Assembly (NCBI GenBank): GCA_943787795.1 | Contig: CALSNU010000002.1 | Coordinates: 758,158 to 822,157, forward strand | Source of the DNA: an uncultured bacterium | Lineage (GTDB): Bacteria > Planctomycetota > UBA1135 > GCA-002686595 | DNA: 64,000 nt | Direction of reading: 5' to 3' | Shown here: one piece after another, positions 28,170-36,952 of the stretch | How positions within the stretch are numbered: the stretch's first letter is position 1 | How the letters are laid out: each line of letters opens with the position of its first letter | Notes under the pieces: generated by a model | Seen by the model: the letters and a program-made list of their open reading frames with translations, nothing else | What the model was told of the DNA's origin: nothing | Databases searched by the model: none | Program-made: the position numbers and the translations under genes

Positions 28170-29300
28170 ATGATCTCCCTCGCCCTCGCTCTGCTTGCGC
28201 CTGCTCTGACCCAGGTGGACTCGCCCGCCCCCGTGGCTCCGAAGCAGGCCCCGAATCAGGCACTGAAGGCGCCCCCCGGCACGGTGTGGGTCGAGCCCGG
28301 TGTCTTCACGATGGGGTGGGACGGCGAGGACGGCCGGCTGGATGAGCGCCCGGCGCACAAGGTTCGGGTCGACGGCTTCTGGATGGACTTGACCGAGGTC
28401 ACCAACGCGCAGTTCGCGCGCTTCGTGGAGGCCACGGGCTACAAGACCACCGCGGAGGTCGTGCCGAGCTGGGAGGACCTCGCCGCCCAGCTGCCGCCGG
28501 GCACTCCCGAGCCGCCGCCGGGCACGCTCGTGGCGGGCTCGCTGATCTTCACCAAGACCCGCGGGCGGGTCGACCTGCGAGACTACTCACAGTGGTGGGC
28601 GTGGACCCCGGGCGCGGACTGGCGTCACCCCAAGGGGCCGGGGAGCTCCATCGATGGATTGGGGGCCTATCCGGTGGTCCACGTGTCGTGGTACGACGCA
28701 ACGGCCTACGCCGCGTGGGCCGGCAAGCGGCTGCCCACGGAGGCCGAGTGGGAGCGTGCGGCGCGCGCTGGCGCTGACGGAGCGCGCTACATGTGGGGCG
28801 CAGAGCTGGTCCCTGAGGGGGTCCACCAGGCCAACATCTGGCAGGGTCAGTTTCCCTTCGAGAACAAGCTCGCCGATGGCTTCGAGGTGGCCGCCCCGGT
28901 CGGGAGCTACCCGCCGAACCCACTGGGGCTCTTCGACATGAGCGGCAACGTCTGGGAGTGGACCTCGGATCAGTTTCAGCCAGACCTCTACGAGCAGCGA
29001 GTGGGCGCCGGCGAGCCGGGCGCCGTGATCGAGAACCCCACCGGGCCCAAGCGCGCAGCTGACCCTCGGAACCCTTACTCCCGGGATTCCTACGTCCAGA
29101 AGGGGGGGTCCTTCCTCTGCCACGCGGACTACTGCTCGAGCTACCGCCCGAGCGCCCGCATGGCCACGCCGCCCGACAGCGGGATGAACCACCTGGGCTT
29201 CCGGTGCGTCACGACTCCCCTCCTCTGGGCGGAACACCTTGAGCGTGCCCGTGCCCATGGCAGCGCATCGTCAGAGCCGCCGAAGAAGGGCGCGGACTGA
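28170..29300 (+). CDS. Formylglycine-generating enzyme (SUMF1/FGE) family protein
   Basis: F.MG, EVTNAQF, PVVHVSW.DA, RLPTEAEWE, DMSGNVWEW, KGGSFLCHADYCSSYR (both catalytic-type Cys), GFRC. Confidence 0.93.
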   Translation: MISLALALLAPALTQVDSPAPVAPKQAPNQALKAPPGTVWVEPGVFTMGWDGEDGRLDERPAHKVRVDGFWMDLTEVTNAQFARFVEATGYKTTAEVVPSWEDLAAQLPPGTPEPPPGTLVAGSLIFTKTRGRVDLRDYSQWWAWTPGADWRHPKGPGSSIDGLGAYPVVHVSWYDATAYAAWAGKRLPTEAEWERAARAGADGARYMWGAELVPEGVHQANIWQGQFPFENKLADGFEVAAPVGSYPPNPLGLFDMSGNVWEWTSDQFQPDLYEQRVGAGEPGAVIENPTGPKRAADPRNPYSRDSYVQKGGSFLCHADYCSSYRPSARMATPPDSGMNHLGFRCVTTPLLWAEHLERARAHGSASSEPPKKGAD

Positions 29301-29340
29301 CCGTGCGAGCGTCCCCGGACGACCGAGGGGCTCGTCGGGG

Positions 29341-30054
29341 TCAGGCTGCCGGTTCTTCGACCGTGCGGTTGCTGATCCAGAGGGCCACGAGCCCGCCGAT
29401 GAGGATGGCCACGTAGAGCTGCCCGACGACGGCCTCGGCGGCGCACAGGAACTGGGCCCCGGGGGTGACCGGGATCACGTCGCCGTAGCCCAGCGTCGTG
29501 ATGGTCACAAAGCTGAAGTAGACAAAGGGCGTATGCAAGCAGCTCGCGGCGGCGCTGGACCTGTCGATGAGGGCCACGCCACCCTCCTGGTAGGAGCCAG
29601 GTGAGACGCACTCGGTGACGATGTGAAGCTCCGCGAACATGAGCGCCATGAGGAGGTACACGTTGATCCCGCCCAGGAGCGTATCGCTCGATGGTGAGCG
29701 CTCTCGGGTCAGCGTGCGCATCAGGGTGACCGCGAGTACGCCGAGGTAGATCGCGCTGAGCGCGGACTTCAGCAGGGCCTTGTCGAGCGCCTCGTCCAGG
29801 ATCCACGTCGCGAACCACTGGGCGCAGAGGTTGAAGAGGACGAGGACCCCCGCCAGCGCGAGGATCTTGCGCCCCTCGTTCGCGTTATTCGCGACCCAGA
29901 GGCCGGCGACGAGGATTCCGGTGAAGCCGACCCGAAGCGTGGGGATGCCCAGCGACGAGCTGCCCATGATGGGGATCAGGACGATGAACAGCACCAGCGC
30001 GATGAGCAGGGTGCCGAACGGCGCCTGCCGGCTGCGGTGGTCGGCGTTAATCAT
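29341..30054 (-). CDS. Potassium channel family protein (Ion_trans_2)
   Basis: YFSFVTITTLGYGD selectivity filter; EAVVGQLY; ATGA overlap with the upstream gene. Confidence 0.9.
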   Translation of the reverse strand: MINADHRSRQAPFGTLLIALVLFIVLIPIMGSSSLGIPTLRVGFTGILVAGLWVANNANEGRKILALAGVLVLFNLCAQWFATWILDEALDKALLKSALSAIYLGVLAVTLMRTLTRERSPSSDTLLGGINVYLLMALMFAELHIVTECVSPGSYQEGGVALIDRSSAAASCLHTPFVYFSFVTITTLGYGDVIPVTPGAQFLCAAEAVVGQLYVAILIGGLVALWISNRTVEEPAA

Positions 30055-30758
30055 GCGTCGCGCCCGTCGCCTGCGGCGGCGGACCCTGCAGCGGCGGACC
30101 CTGCGGCGGCGGACCCTGCGGCGGCGGACCCTGCGGCGGCGGAACCTGCGGCGGCAGACACTGCGGCGGCAGACCCTGCGGCGGCAGACCCTGCGGCGGC
30201 AGACCCTGCGGCGGTGACGGGCCTCCTCGGGAAGCGCTCGAGGATCGCGCTGACCACGGCACTCGCTGCCTTGGCCGGATCTTCGCGCAGCTTCTTGGTG
30301 ACGGTCCGGGCGGTCTTGCCGTGCCACACAGGCGCGTCACGCGCGGGATCGAAGAAGTCGATGCAGAGGGTGCCCTCGGTGTAGCGTCGGACGTCGGTCT
30401 GCTGGTAGTACGGCCCGCCCCACTCGTACATTCCTCGGCCGTAGAAGCTCGGATACTCGGTCTCCACGACGCGGTCGCGCGCGCCAAGGGTGAAGGAGAC
30501 CACGAGGTCCGGCGCCTGCCCCTCTGGGCTCGCGCGGTAGCCCCGCGCGATGAGGTCCTCAGCGGCGGCGCGTTCGAGGTGCCCCGCGAGCATGGGGTTC
30601 ATCCCCTCCGGTCCCGCGGCGACGGAGGAGGGCTTGAGGAAGGTGAATGTCTCGTAGGCCTCGAAGTCCACCGACGGGTCAAGGTCGGTATAGACGGGGG
30701 GGGCGACGCAGCTGGCGGTGAGCGCAAGCGAGAGGAGCAGCAAGGAGCGGTTGAGCAT
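30051..30758 (-). CDS. DUF4136 lipoprotein with (AAAGS)n tail
   Basis: Lipobox TASC; D...DF..Y.TF, YTEGTL.ID.FD....VW.G, FP. Confidence 0.88.
   Translation of the reverse strand: MLNRSLLLLSLALTASCVAPPVYTDLDPSVDFEAYETFTFLKPSSVAAGPEGMNPMLAGHLERAAAEDLIARGYRASPEGQAPDLVVSFTLGARDRVVETEYPSFYGRGMYEWGGPYYQQTDVRRYTEGTLCIDFFDPARDAPVWHGKTARTVTKKLREDPAKAASAVVSAILERFPRRPVTAAGSAAAGSAAAGSAAAVSAAAGSAAAGSAAAGSAAAGSAAAGSAAAGDGRDA
30071..30214. repeat. 15-bp minisatellite, ~9.6 copies (CTGCGGCGGC(G/A)GACC)
   Basis: Counted directly; in frame at the 3' end of the DUF4136 gene. Confidence 0.95.
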
Positions 30759-30841
30759 GGCGGACTGACCTTACCCACCTGGGGCGCGAGCGTGAGCCCA
30801 TTCACCCCCAGGTTCACCAGAGGCGCAGGTCCAGGGCTACG

Positions 30842-32407
30842 ATGGAATTGATGAAGAGCTGTCATGCCCTCAACGTCCTGCTGCTTGCGACGCTCCCCTC
30901 CTGCGTCTATCCCCGGCTGGACGGCGCCGCGACCCCAAGCTTCGCCTTCGACGGCCCGGTGGAGTCGAAGATCGGCGCCAAGATCAGCGAGATCCTGGAT
31001 CGCCACCCTGGGGAGACGGGGCTGTATCTGCTCGGGGACGGGCTGGACGCCTTCGCTTCCCGCGCCGCGATGATCAAGCGCGCGGAGCACGCCGTCGACG
31101 TGCAGTACTACATCTTCCACGACGACATCACGGGATCGATCCTGCTCAAGCTGCTGCTTGAGGCGGCGGACCGCGGCGTACGGGTGCGGCTCCTGATCGA
31201 CGACCTGGGGTCAGATGGCATCGATGATCGGCTCGCCGCGGCGAACGTGCATGAGCACCTCGAGGTGCGGCTCTTCAACCCGCGGGCGCGGGGGCCTTGG
31301 AACTGGATGGCGAAGACCCTGGACCTCATGGGCCGGCCCTTCCGGATCAACCATCGGATGCACAACAAGATGCTCACCGTCGACGGGCTCGCGGGGATCG
31401 TCGGCGGGCGGAACGTGGGGGATGAGTACTTCGACGCCGCGGAGGACGTCAACTTCGGTGACCTCGACGTGCTCGCATTCGGCCCGGTGCTCTCGGAGCT
31501 CGGGGAGTCCTTCGACGAATACTGGAACTCCGAGTTCACTGAGCAGCTCAACGGGTGGAGCTCCTTCAAGAGGGACGCGGCCGACCTCGACGCCCTGCGG
31601 TCTGCGCTCCTGGACGTCGCGGCAGAGAACCGAGACTCGTCGTACGCGCGGAGGCTGGACGGGGCGGACTTCATCAAGGAGGCGGCCGACGATGAGCTCC
31701 CGCTGACCTGGGCGGTGACCCACGCTCACAGCGATCGGCCCAGGAAGATCGTCGCGAGCGGGGACGATCTCGCCGAGCTGCTGCTGATCGAGCGCCTGCG
31801 GAGTGACATCCCCACCGTGCAGGAGGAGCTCCTGATCGTCTCCCCCTACTTCATCCCTGGAAAGGCGGGGACGCGCGCCCTCGTGGCTGACGCGGCCCGT
31901 GGCGTGGAGGTCCGGATCCTCACCAACTCGCTGGCCTCGACGGACGTGGGAGCGGTGCACGCCGGCTATCGCAAGTACCGCCGCAAGCTCGTGGAGGGCG
32001 GGGTCCAGGTCTACGAGGTCCAGCCCAGCAGCGACTTCACCGACGCCCTCTACGACGAGGGCCTGTTCGGCTCGAAGAACGCGAGCCTGCACGCCAAGAC
32101 CTTCATCTCGGACCGCCGGTACCTGTTCGTGGGCTCCATGAACCTCGACCCGCGCTCGGTCCAGCTCAACACGGAGCTGGGCTTCGTGATCGACAGCCCG
32201 GAGCTCGCGGAGACGCTGATCAGCGGGATCGAAGAGGTGATGGCGCCGGAGGGGAGCTGGCGAGTGACGGTGGACGATGAGGGACTTCTGTGGACGGGGA
32301 TCGAGGGAGATGAGCCCGTGTCCCACCGCAAGGAGCCCCGGACCACCTTGTGGCAGCGGTTCAAGTGCGGTCTCGTCGGGTGGCTTCCCATCGAAGGGCA
32401 ACTCTGA
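30842..32407 (+). CDS. Phospholipase D family protein (ClsC/YmdC-like cardiolipin synthase)
   Basis: Two HKD motifs (RMHNKMLTVD, SLHAKTFISD); GGRNVGDEYF; GSMNLDPRS..LNTE. Confidence 0.92.
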   Translation: MELMKSCHALNVLLLATLPSCVYPRLDGAATPSFAFDGPVESKIGAKISEILDRHPGETGLYLLGDGLDAFASRAAMIKRAEHAVDVQYYIFHDDITGSILLKLLLEAADRGVRVRLLIDDLGSDGIDDRLAAANVHEHLEVRLFNPRARGPWNWMAKTLDLMGRPFRINHRMHNKMLTVDGLAGIVGGRNVGDEYFDAAEDVNFGDLDVLAFGPVLSELGESFDEYWNSEFTEQLNGWSSFKRDAADLDALRSALLDVAAENRDSSYARRLDGADFIKEAADDELPLTWAVTHAHSDRPRKIVASGDDLAELLLIERLRSDIPTVQEELLIVSPYFIPGKAGTRALVADAARGVEVRILTNSLASTDVGAVHAGYRKYRRKLVEGGVQVYEVQPSSDFTDALYDEGLFGSKNASLHAKTFISDRRYLFVGSMNLDPRSVQLNTELGFVIDSPELAETLISGIEEVMAPEGSWRVTVDDEGLLWTGIEGDEPVSHRKEPRTTLWQRFKCGLVGWLPIEGQL

Positions 32408-32524
32408 AGGGCAACTCTGATTGGCGGCCCTGAGAGGGAACTCTGCGGGGCATCTATGGGGGGCAACCCTGCGGGGCAGGGCGGGACTGCGCGTCGGGGT
32501 CGGGCGCACCTACGCCGCTCGCGC

Positions 32525-33001
32525 CTAGAGGCTGAGGCCGATGCCGACGGTGCCCACGACGCCGTCTACCTGAGCGGCATCAACGAACAGCCCGCTCGTG
32601 GAGCGCTCCTCGTACATCACGCGGAAGTTCATGAAGAGGTGGTCGTTGAGGTGCAGGAGCGCGCCGCCGCCCGCGCTCCACCCGCTGACGTCATCGAAGA
32701 GGTCCAAGCCGATCAGCTGGTTCGCCTCGACGAACGGTCGGAGCTTCCAGATCTCGAGGAACCGCCGCCGGAGGCCGAGGGTGGCCTCGGTGGAGTCCAA
32801 GGTGCCGATCTCCCGCTCGTCCATGCCGACCAGGATGTCCACGATCGGAGTGTTGAGGGCGAGGTGGCCGCCGTAGCCACCGAGGTCCTCATCAGCGTCC
32901 TCCAGCGCGAGCGCGCGCGCCTCGAAAGAGAGCACGCCCTCGGACATGGATTGGCAGGAGGCGAAGAGGGCGGCGGTGAGGGCGAGGAGGAGGGGCTTCA
33001 T
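32525..33001 (-). CDS. Small outer-membrane beta-barrel protein with lipobox (paralog A)
   Basis: FASC; amphipathic strands; ends VGIGLSL. Confidence 0.7.
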   Translation of the reverse strand: MKPLLLALTAALFASCQSMSEGVLSFEARALALEDADEDLGGYGGHLALNTPIVDILVGMDEREIGTLDSTEATLGLRRRFLEIWKLRPFVEANQLIGLDLFDDVSGWSAGGGALLHLNDHLFMNFRVMYEERSTSGLFVDAAQVDGVVGTVGIGLSL

Positions 33002-33176
33002 GACGGGGATGGCTGAGGGATGAGACCCGCAGGGCGGTCGGTGGAGGGAGAGCCTCCAGTGGCATCGTGGGGGAGCGTATCGGTCGCCCCCCCTCCGAGT
33101 CGGCGGGCTGATCTGTCGGATGGACCCTTGGAGACTTCGATCCTGGGTCGGCGGTCAGGGACCCCGCATCGAAAGG

Positions 33177-33215
33177 GTGCGCCCTGGTCTCCCCTCGGGG
33201 GCGACCAGGGCGCAC
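33177..33215. terminator. Strong hairpin between the tandem paralogs
   Basis: GTGCGCCCTGGTC...GACCAGGGCGCAC inverted repeat. Confidence 0.5.
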
Positions 33216-33261
33216 GCGGACTCAGCGGAGGTCGGGGCGGGTGTCCCTTCCGCAGCAAGTC

Positions 33262-33792
33262 TCAGAGGCTGAAGCCGATGCCGACCGTGCCGGTGACGCC
33301 GTCCACGGTGGCGGACGTCGTCGGGAGATCGATCGACGTCGACTCGTACATGAGGCGGAAGTTCAGGAACAAAGAGTCGGTGAGGTTGAGGAGTGCGCCT
33401 CCGCCGGCCGCCCAGCCGTCGTAGGTCTCCTCCTCGACGCCGTTGTCGAGGTTGAAGCCGTGGCGGTAGTCCGCCTCCACGTAGGGGTGCAGCTTCCAGA
33501 TCTCGAGGAAGCGACGGCGGACGCCAAGGACCAGCTCCGCAGAGTCTTCTCTGCCGAACTCGCGGTCATCAACGCCGACGAGGAAGTCCACCACGGGCGT
33601 CTTCAGCGCGGCGTGGATGCCGTAGCCGGAGAGTTCAATGTTCTCTTCATCGAATGCAGAGCCGCTCTCGACCTCGTCGATGTCGGCGTCGTCGATGACG
33701 ACAGCGCGAGCCTCGAAGGCGAGGGTGCCCTCGGACATGGACTGGCAAGAGGCGAGGAGGAGTGCGGGAAGGGCGAAGATAGCGAGCTTCAT
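33262..33792 (-). CDS. Small outer-membrane beta-barrel protein with lipobox (paralog B)
   Basis: LASC; shares ASCQSMSEG, RRRFLEIWKL, LFxNFRxMYE and VDGV.GTVGIG with 32525..33001. Confidence 0.72.
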   Translation of the reverse strand: MKLAIFALPALLLASCQSMSEGTLAFEARAVVIDDADIDEVESGSAFDEENIELSGYGIHAALKTPVVDFLVGVDDREFGREDSAELVLGVRRRFLEIWKLHPYVEADYRHGFNLDNGVEEETYDGWAAGGGALLNLTDSLFLNFRLMYESTSIDLPTTSATVDGVTGTVGIGFSL

Positions 33793-33853
33793 GTTGTGGG
33801 GGGGGATAGAGATAGAGAGTGGAACAGGGGAGGGTGTGGAGCTCAAGAAACCA

Positions 33854-35704
33854 CTAGGTGGTCTCGGCGCTCCCCAGCGGCGGGGCGATGGCCCCCTCGC
33901 TGAAGAGGTGGACGTCGCGCTGCGGGAACGGGATCTGGATCCCCTCCTCGTCAAAGCGGCGCTTGACGGTCTCGGTGACATCCCAGAAGACGTCCCAATA
34001 GTCGGTGGTCTTGACCCAGGGCCTCGTGATGAGGTTGACCGAGGAGTCGCCGAGCTCATGCACGCGGACGTTGGGCTCGGGGTCGTCGAGGACCTTGTCG
34101 TGGGCATTCAGTATCTCGATCAGGACCTCCCGGGCGCGGGCGAAGTCGCAGCCGTAGCCGATGCCGAAGACCATGTCGACGCGGCGGGTCTGGTTGGCGG
34201 TGACGTTGGTGATCACGTCCCCCCAGACCATGCCGTTCGGCACGTGGATGGTCCGGTTGTCCATGGTGCGGATGGTGGTCGTCATGAGTGTCATGCCCAT
34301 CACACGGCCGAAGGCCCCGGCGGTGTCGACGATGTCCTCCACGTCAAACGGGCGGAAGACCATGATCATCAGGCCGCTGGCGAGGTTGCCGAGGGTGCCT
34401 TGAAGCGCGAGGCCAAGCACGAGGCCAGCGGCGCCGATGGCGGCGACCATCGGCGCCATGTTGACGCCCAGGACCGAGAGCGCCACGAGGAGGCCGATCA
34501 GGACCAGGCCCTTCTCCACCGTCGAGATGACGAACTGTCGGAGCAGCGCGGAGGACCCTCCGACGCGGTTCATGGCCCGCTTTGTGATCTTGCCGGCGAT
34601 CCTGGAGAGCACGAACGCGACCAGGATCGTCGCTAGCGCTCGGAGCAGCCGGAGGCCGATGGCGACGCCGCCGTCCGGGCTGCTGAGCCAGGCGGTGAAG
34701 CTGGTGATCGCCGCGTTCACGCCGGTGATGGGCGGGGTGGCGACCACAGAGCTCACGTAGGCCTTCGAGGAGGCCCCGTCCCCGCCCTTCTTCTCCAGCG
34801 CGGAGATCACGATGTTCACTCGCTCGATGAGCCGGCCGCGTTGGCCGCGGAGCAGGACCGCCTGCTCGTTGAAGCGGGCCTGGCCGTCGTCGGAGCTCTG
34901 GAGACCTGCGATCTCCTTGGCCGAGATCTCGGCGCAGGTGGCCTCCAGGAGTGCCAACCAGACGTCCAGCTCCTCCTGAACGAGCTCGAGGTTCATCGGC
35001 CGCAGGCGGGCCTTGAGGACCTCCTTCTCCAGTGCGATGGCGCTCGAGCGAGTCAGGGTGCCCGCCTCGGTCGTGGATATCTTCGCCGTGGCCTCGCGGG
35101 CTGCATTGAGGCGGATCCGAGTCGCCTCCACGTCTGCACCTGCCTTGGAGAGCGAATTGACGAGGTCGTCAGCCGCTGAGATCAGCGTCTGGACGTCCGC
35201 GCGGACCTCGGACTCGCGCTCGCGCTCCGGGCTGCTTGCCGGCGTGGCCTCGATGCTCTCGAGCTCGGTCAACTCGGTCTCGATCATCGAGACATAGCTG
35301 TCGAGGAACCCCTGCACCACGGCGATCGGCTGCGCCTCGAGCTCCCCGGAGAGCTTGCCCGCGCGCTCCACCGCTTCGGCCAAGGTGGCGGGCGGTGACG
35401 GCGCGACCTCCTTCTCGGGCTCCTCGGGGGCAGCCAGCTCCTGTTCGTCCGCAATCTCGGGCTCGGCCCGGTCTCCCTGAGCCGGGTCTCCCTGAGCCGG
35501 GTCTCCCTGAGCCGGGTCTCCCTGAGCCGGGTCTCCCTGGGTCGAGTCTTCCTGGGTCAGGGTCTCCGTGTTGGGACCCTCCGCGCTCGCAGCGACCGCT
35601 CCACTCGCAGTCTCCTGCGCCGCAGACGGGATGGCGAGGCTCAGGAAGACGAAGGGGAGCAGCAGGCGCATGGAGATCGCAGCGCGGAAGAAGGGGATCT
35701 TCAT
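33854..35704 (-). CDS. MscS-family mechanosensitive channel with long periplasmic helical N-terminus
   Basis: GLALQGTLGNLASG, RPF...D, VPNG.VW...I.N, RRVDMVFGIGY, DSSVN, IPFPQRDVH. Confidence 0.9.
   Translation of the reverse strand: MKIPFFRAAISMRLLLPFVFLSLAIPSAAQETASGAVAASAEGPNTETLTQEDSTQGDPAQGDPAQGDPAQGDPAQGDRAEPEIADEQELAAPEEPEKEVAPSPPATLAEAVERAGKLSGELEAQPIAVVQGFLDSYVSMIETELTELESIEATPASSPERERESEVRADVQTLISAADDLVNSLSKAGADVEATRIRLNAAREATAKISTTEAGTLTRSSAIALEKEVLKARLRPMNLELVQEELDVWLALLEATCAEISAKEIAGLQSSDDGQARFNEQAVLLRGQRGRLIERVNIVISALEKKGGDGASSKAYVSSVVATPPITGVNAAITSFTAWLSSPDGGVAIGLRLLRALATILVAFVLSRIAGKITKRAMNRVGGSSALLRQFVISTVEKGLVLIGLLVALSVLGVNMAPMVAAIGAAGLVLGLALQGTLGNLASGLMIMVFRPFDVEDIVDTAGAFGRVMGMTLMTTTIRTMDNRTIHVPNGMVWGDVITNVTANQTRRVDMVFGIGYGCDFARAREVLIEILNAHDKVLDDPEPNVRVHELGDSSVNLITRPWVKTTDYWDVFWDVTETVKRRFDEEGIQIPFPQRDVHLFSEGAIAPPLGSAETT
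35471..35539. repeat. 15-bp perfect tandem repeat x4.6 (encodes QGDPA)
   Basis: GTCTCCCTGAGCCGG units. Confidence 0.92.
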
Positions 35705-35929
35705 GGGGCGCGAGACTAGTCCAGCCGCTCTGAAGCGTGAACCCTCTGAGTGCAGATCCTGCATCGTCGGGTGAGTCCCGCAGGGGACGCCGCGCGGCGG
35801 TGTCGATCCCCCGAGAAGCCCTCGGGTAGACCACAGGTCGGCAGCCCTACGGGCCTTCCCGTATGCTCGCCCCCCGACCGAGCGCAGCTGCCCGCTCCGC
35901 ACCATCTTTCCCGCGCCGGTTTGACCGCC

Positions 35930-36952
35930 ATGCATCACTCAGCCCGCCCGCTCCTCGCCGTCCTCTCACTGGGCGTTGCACTCTCCGCTGCGGCCTGCAA
36001 GCCCAGCCAGTCAGGGGAAGTCCGTATCGCCTACGTCTCCAACGGTGTGGATCCCTTCTGGGATGTGGCTGCTGCGGGAGCTCGAGCCGCGGAGGCCGAA
36101 TTCGGGGTGGACGTCGAGGTGGTCTTTCCGTCCCCGGCGACGGCAGAGGTCCAGCAACAGAAGGTCCAGGATCTGTTGGTGCGAGGCATCGACGCCGTGG
36201 CCATCAGCCCGGTGGATGCGGAGAACATGACGCCGTTCCTGGACACGCTGACCGAACGCGTTCACCTCATCACTCAGGACTCCGACGCTCCCAAGTCCAA
36301 GCGCCGGTGCTTCATCGGCGTGGACAACTACGAGGCCGGTCGGGCCTGCGGCGAGCTGCTCGTGGAGGCGCTCCCGGACGGCGGCGAGGTGGCGATCTTC
36401 GTCGGTCGTCTGGAGCAAGACAACGCCCGCCTTCGGCGCCAGGGCGTGATCGACGCGTTGCTGGGGCGCACACCGGACGCCACCCGTAGCGACGCGGTGG
36501 ACGCGGCGCTCGCGGGCAACGGCTTCACGATCGTCGCCACGCGGACCGACGACTTTGACGCCGCGCGGGCCAAGTCCAACGTCGAGGACACCCTCGTCAA
36601 GTACCCCGAGCTCGCCGGCGTGGCGGGCCTCTTCGCTTACAACGCGCCGGCGTGCGTCGAGGCGCTCAAGGGCGCCGGGCGGCTCGGCGAGGTGGCGATC
36701 GCCTCCTTCGACGAGCAGGACGCGACGCTGGACGGGATCGAGGCCGGGCACGTGCTCGGCACGGTGAGCCAGAACCCGTTCCAGTACGGCTACGAGTCGG
36801 TTCGGATCCTGAAGGCCCTGTGCGAGGGTGACGAGTCCGTTCTGCCCGAGGGCGGGACCCTCTCGACGCCCCCCACCGTCGTCAAGAAGGACAACCTTGA
36901 GGTCTTCCGCGCCAAGCTGAAGGCGGACATCGCCGCAGGCTCAGGCAAGTGA
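35930..36952 (+). CDS. Sugar ABC transporter substrate-binding lipoprotein
   Basis: AAAC lipobox; DPFW, DAVAISPVD, DSDAP, IGVDNY.AG, QNPFQYGY. Confidence 0.92.
   Translation: MHHSARPLLAVLSLGVALSAAACKPSQSGEVRIAYVSNGVDPFWDVAAAGARAAEAEFGVDVEVVFPSPATAEVQQQKVQDLLVRGIDAVAISPVDAENMTPFLDTLTERVHLITQDSDAPKSKRRCFIGVDNYEAGRACGELLVEALPDGGEVAIFVGRLEQDNARLRRQGVIDALLGRTPDATRSDAVDAALAGNGFTIVATRTDDFDAARAKSNVEDTLVKYPELAGVAGLFAYNAPACVEALKGAGRLGEVAIASFDEQDATLDGIEAGHVLGTVSQNPFQYGYESVRILKALCEGDESVLPEGGTLSTPPTVVKKDNLEVFRAKLKADIAAGSGK

Noticed and set aside
30071..30214. Repeat array as a possible CRISPR
   Set aside because: Contiguous 15-bp units with no spacers, in frame within a CDS, and no cas genes.
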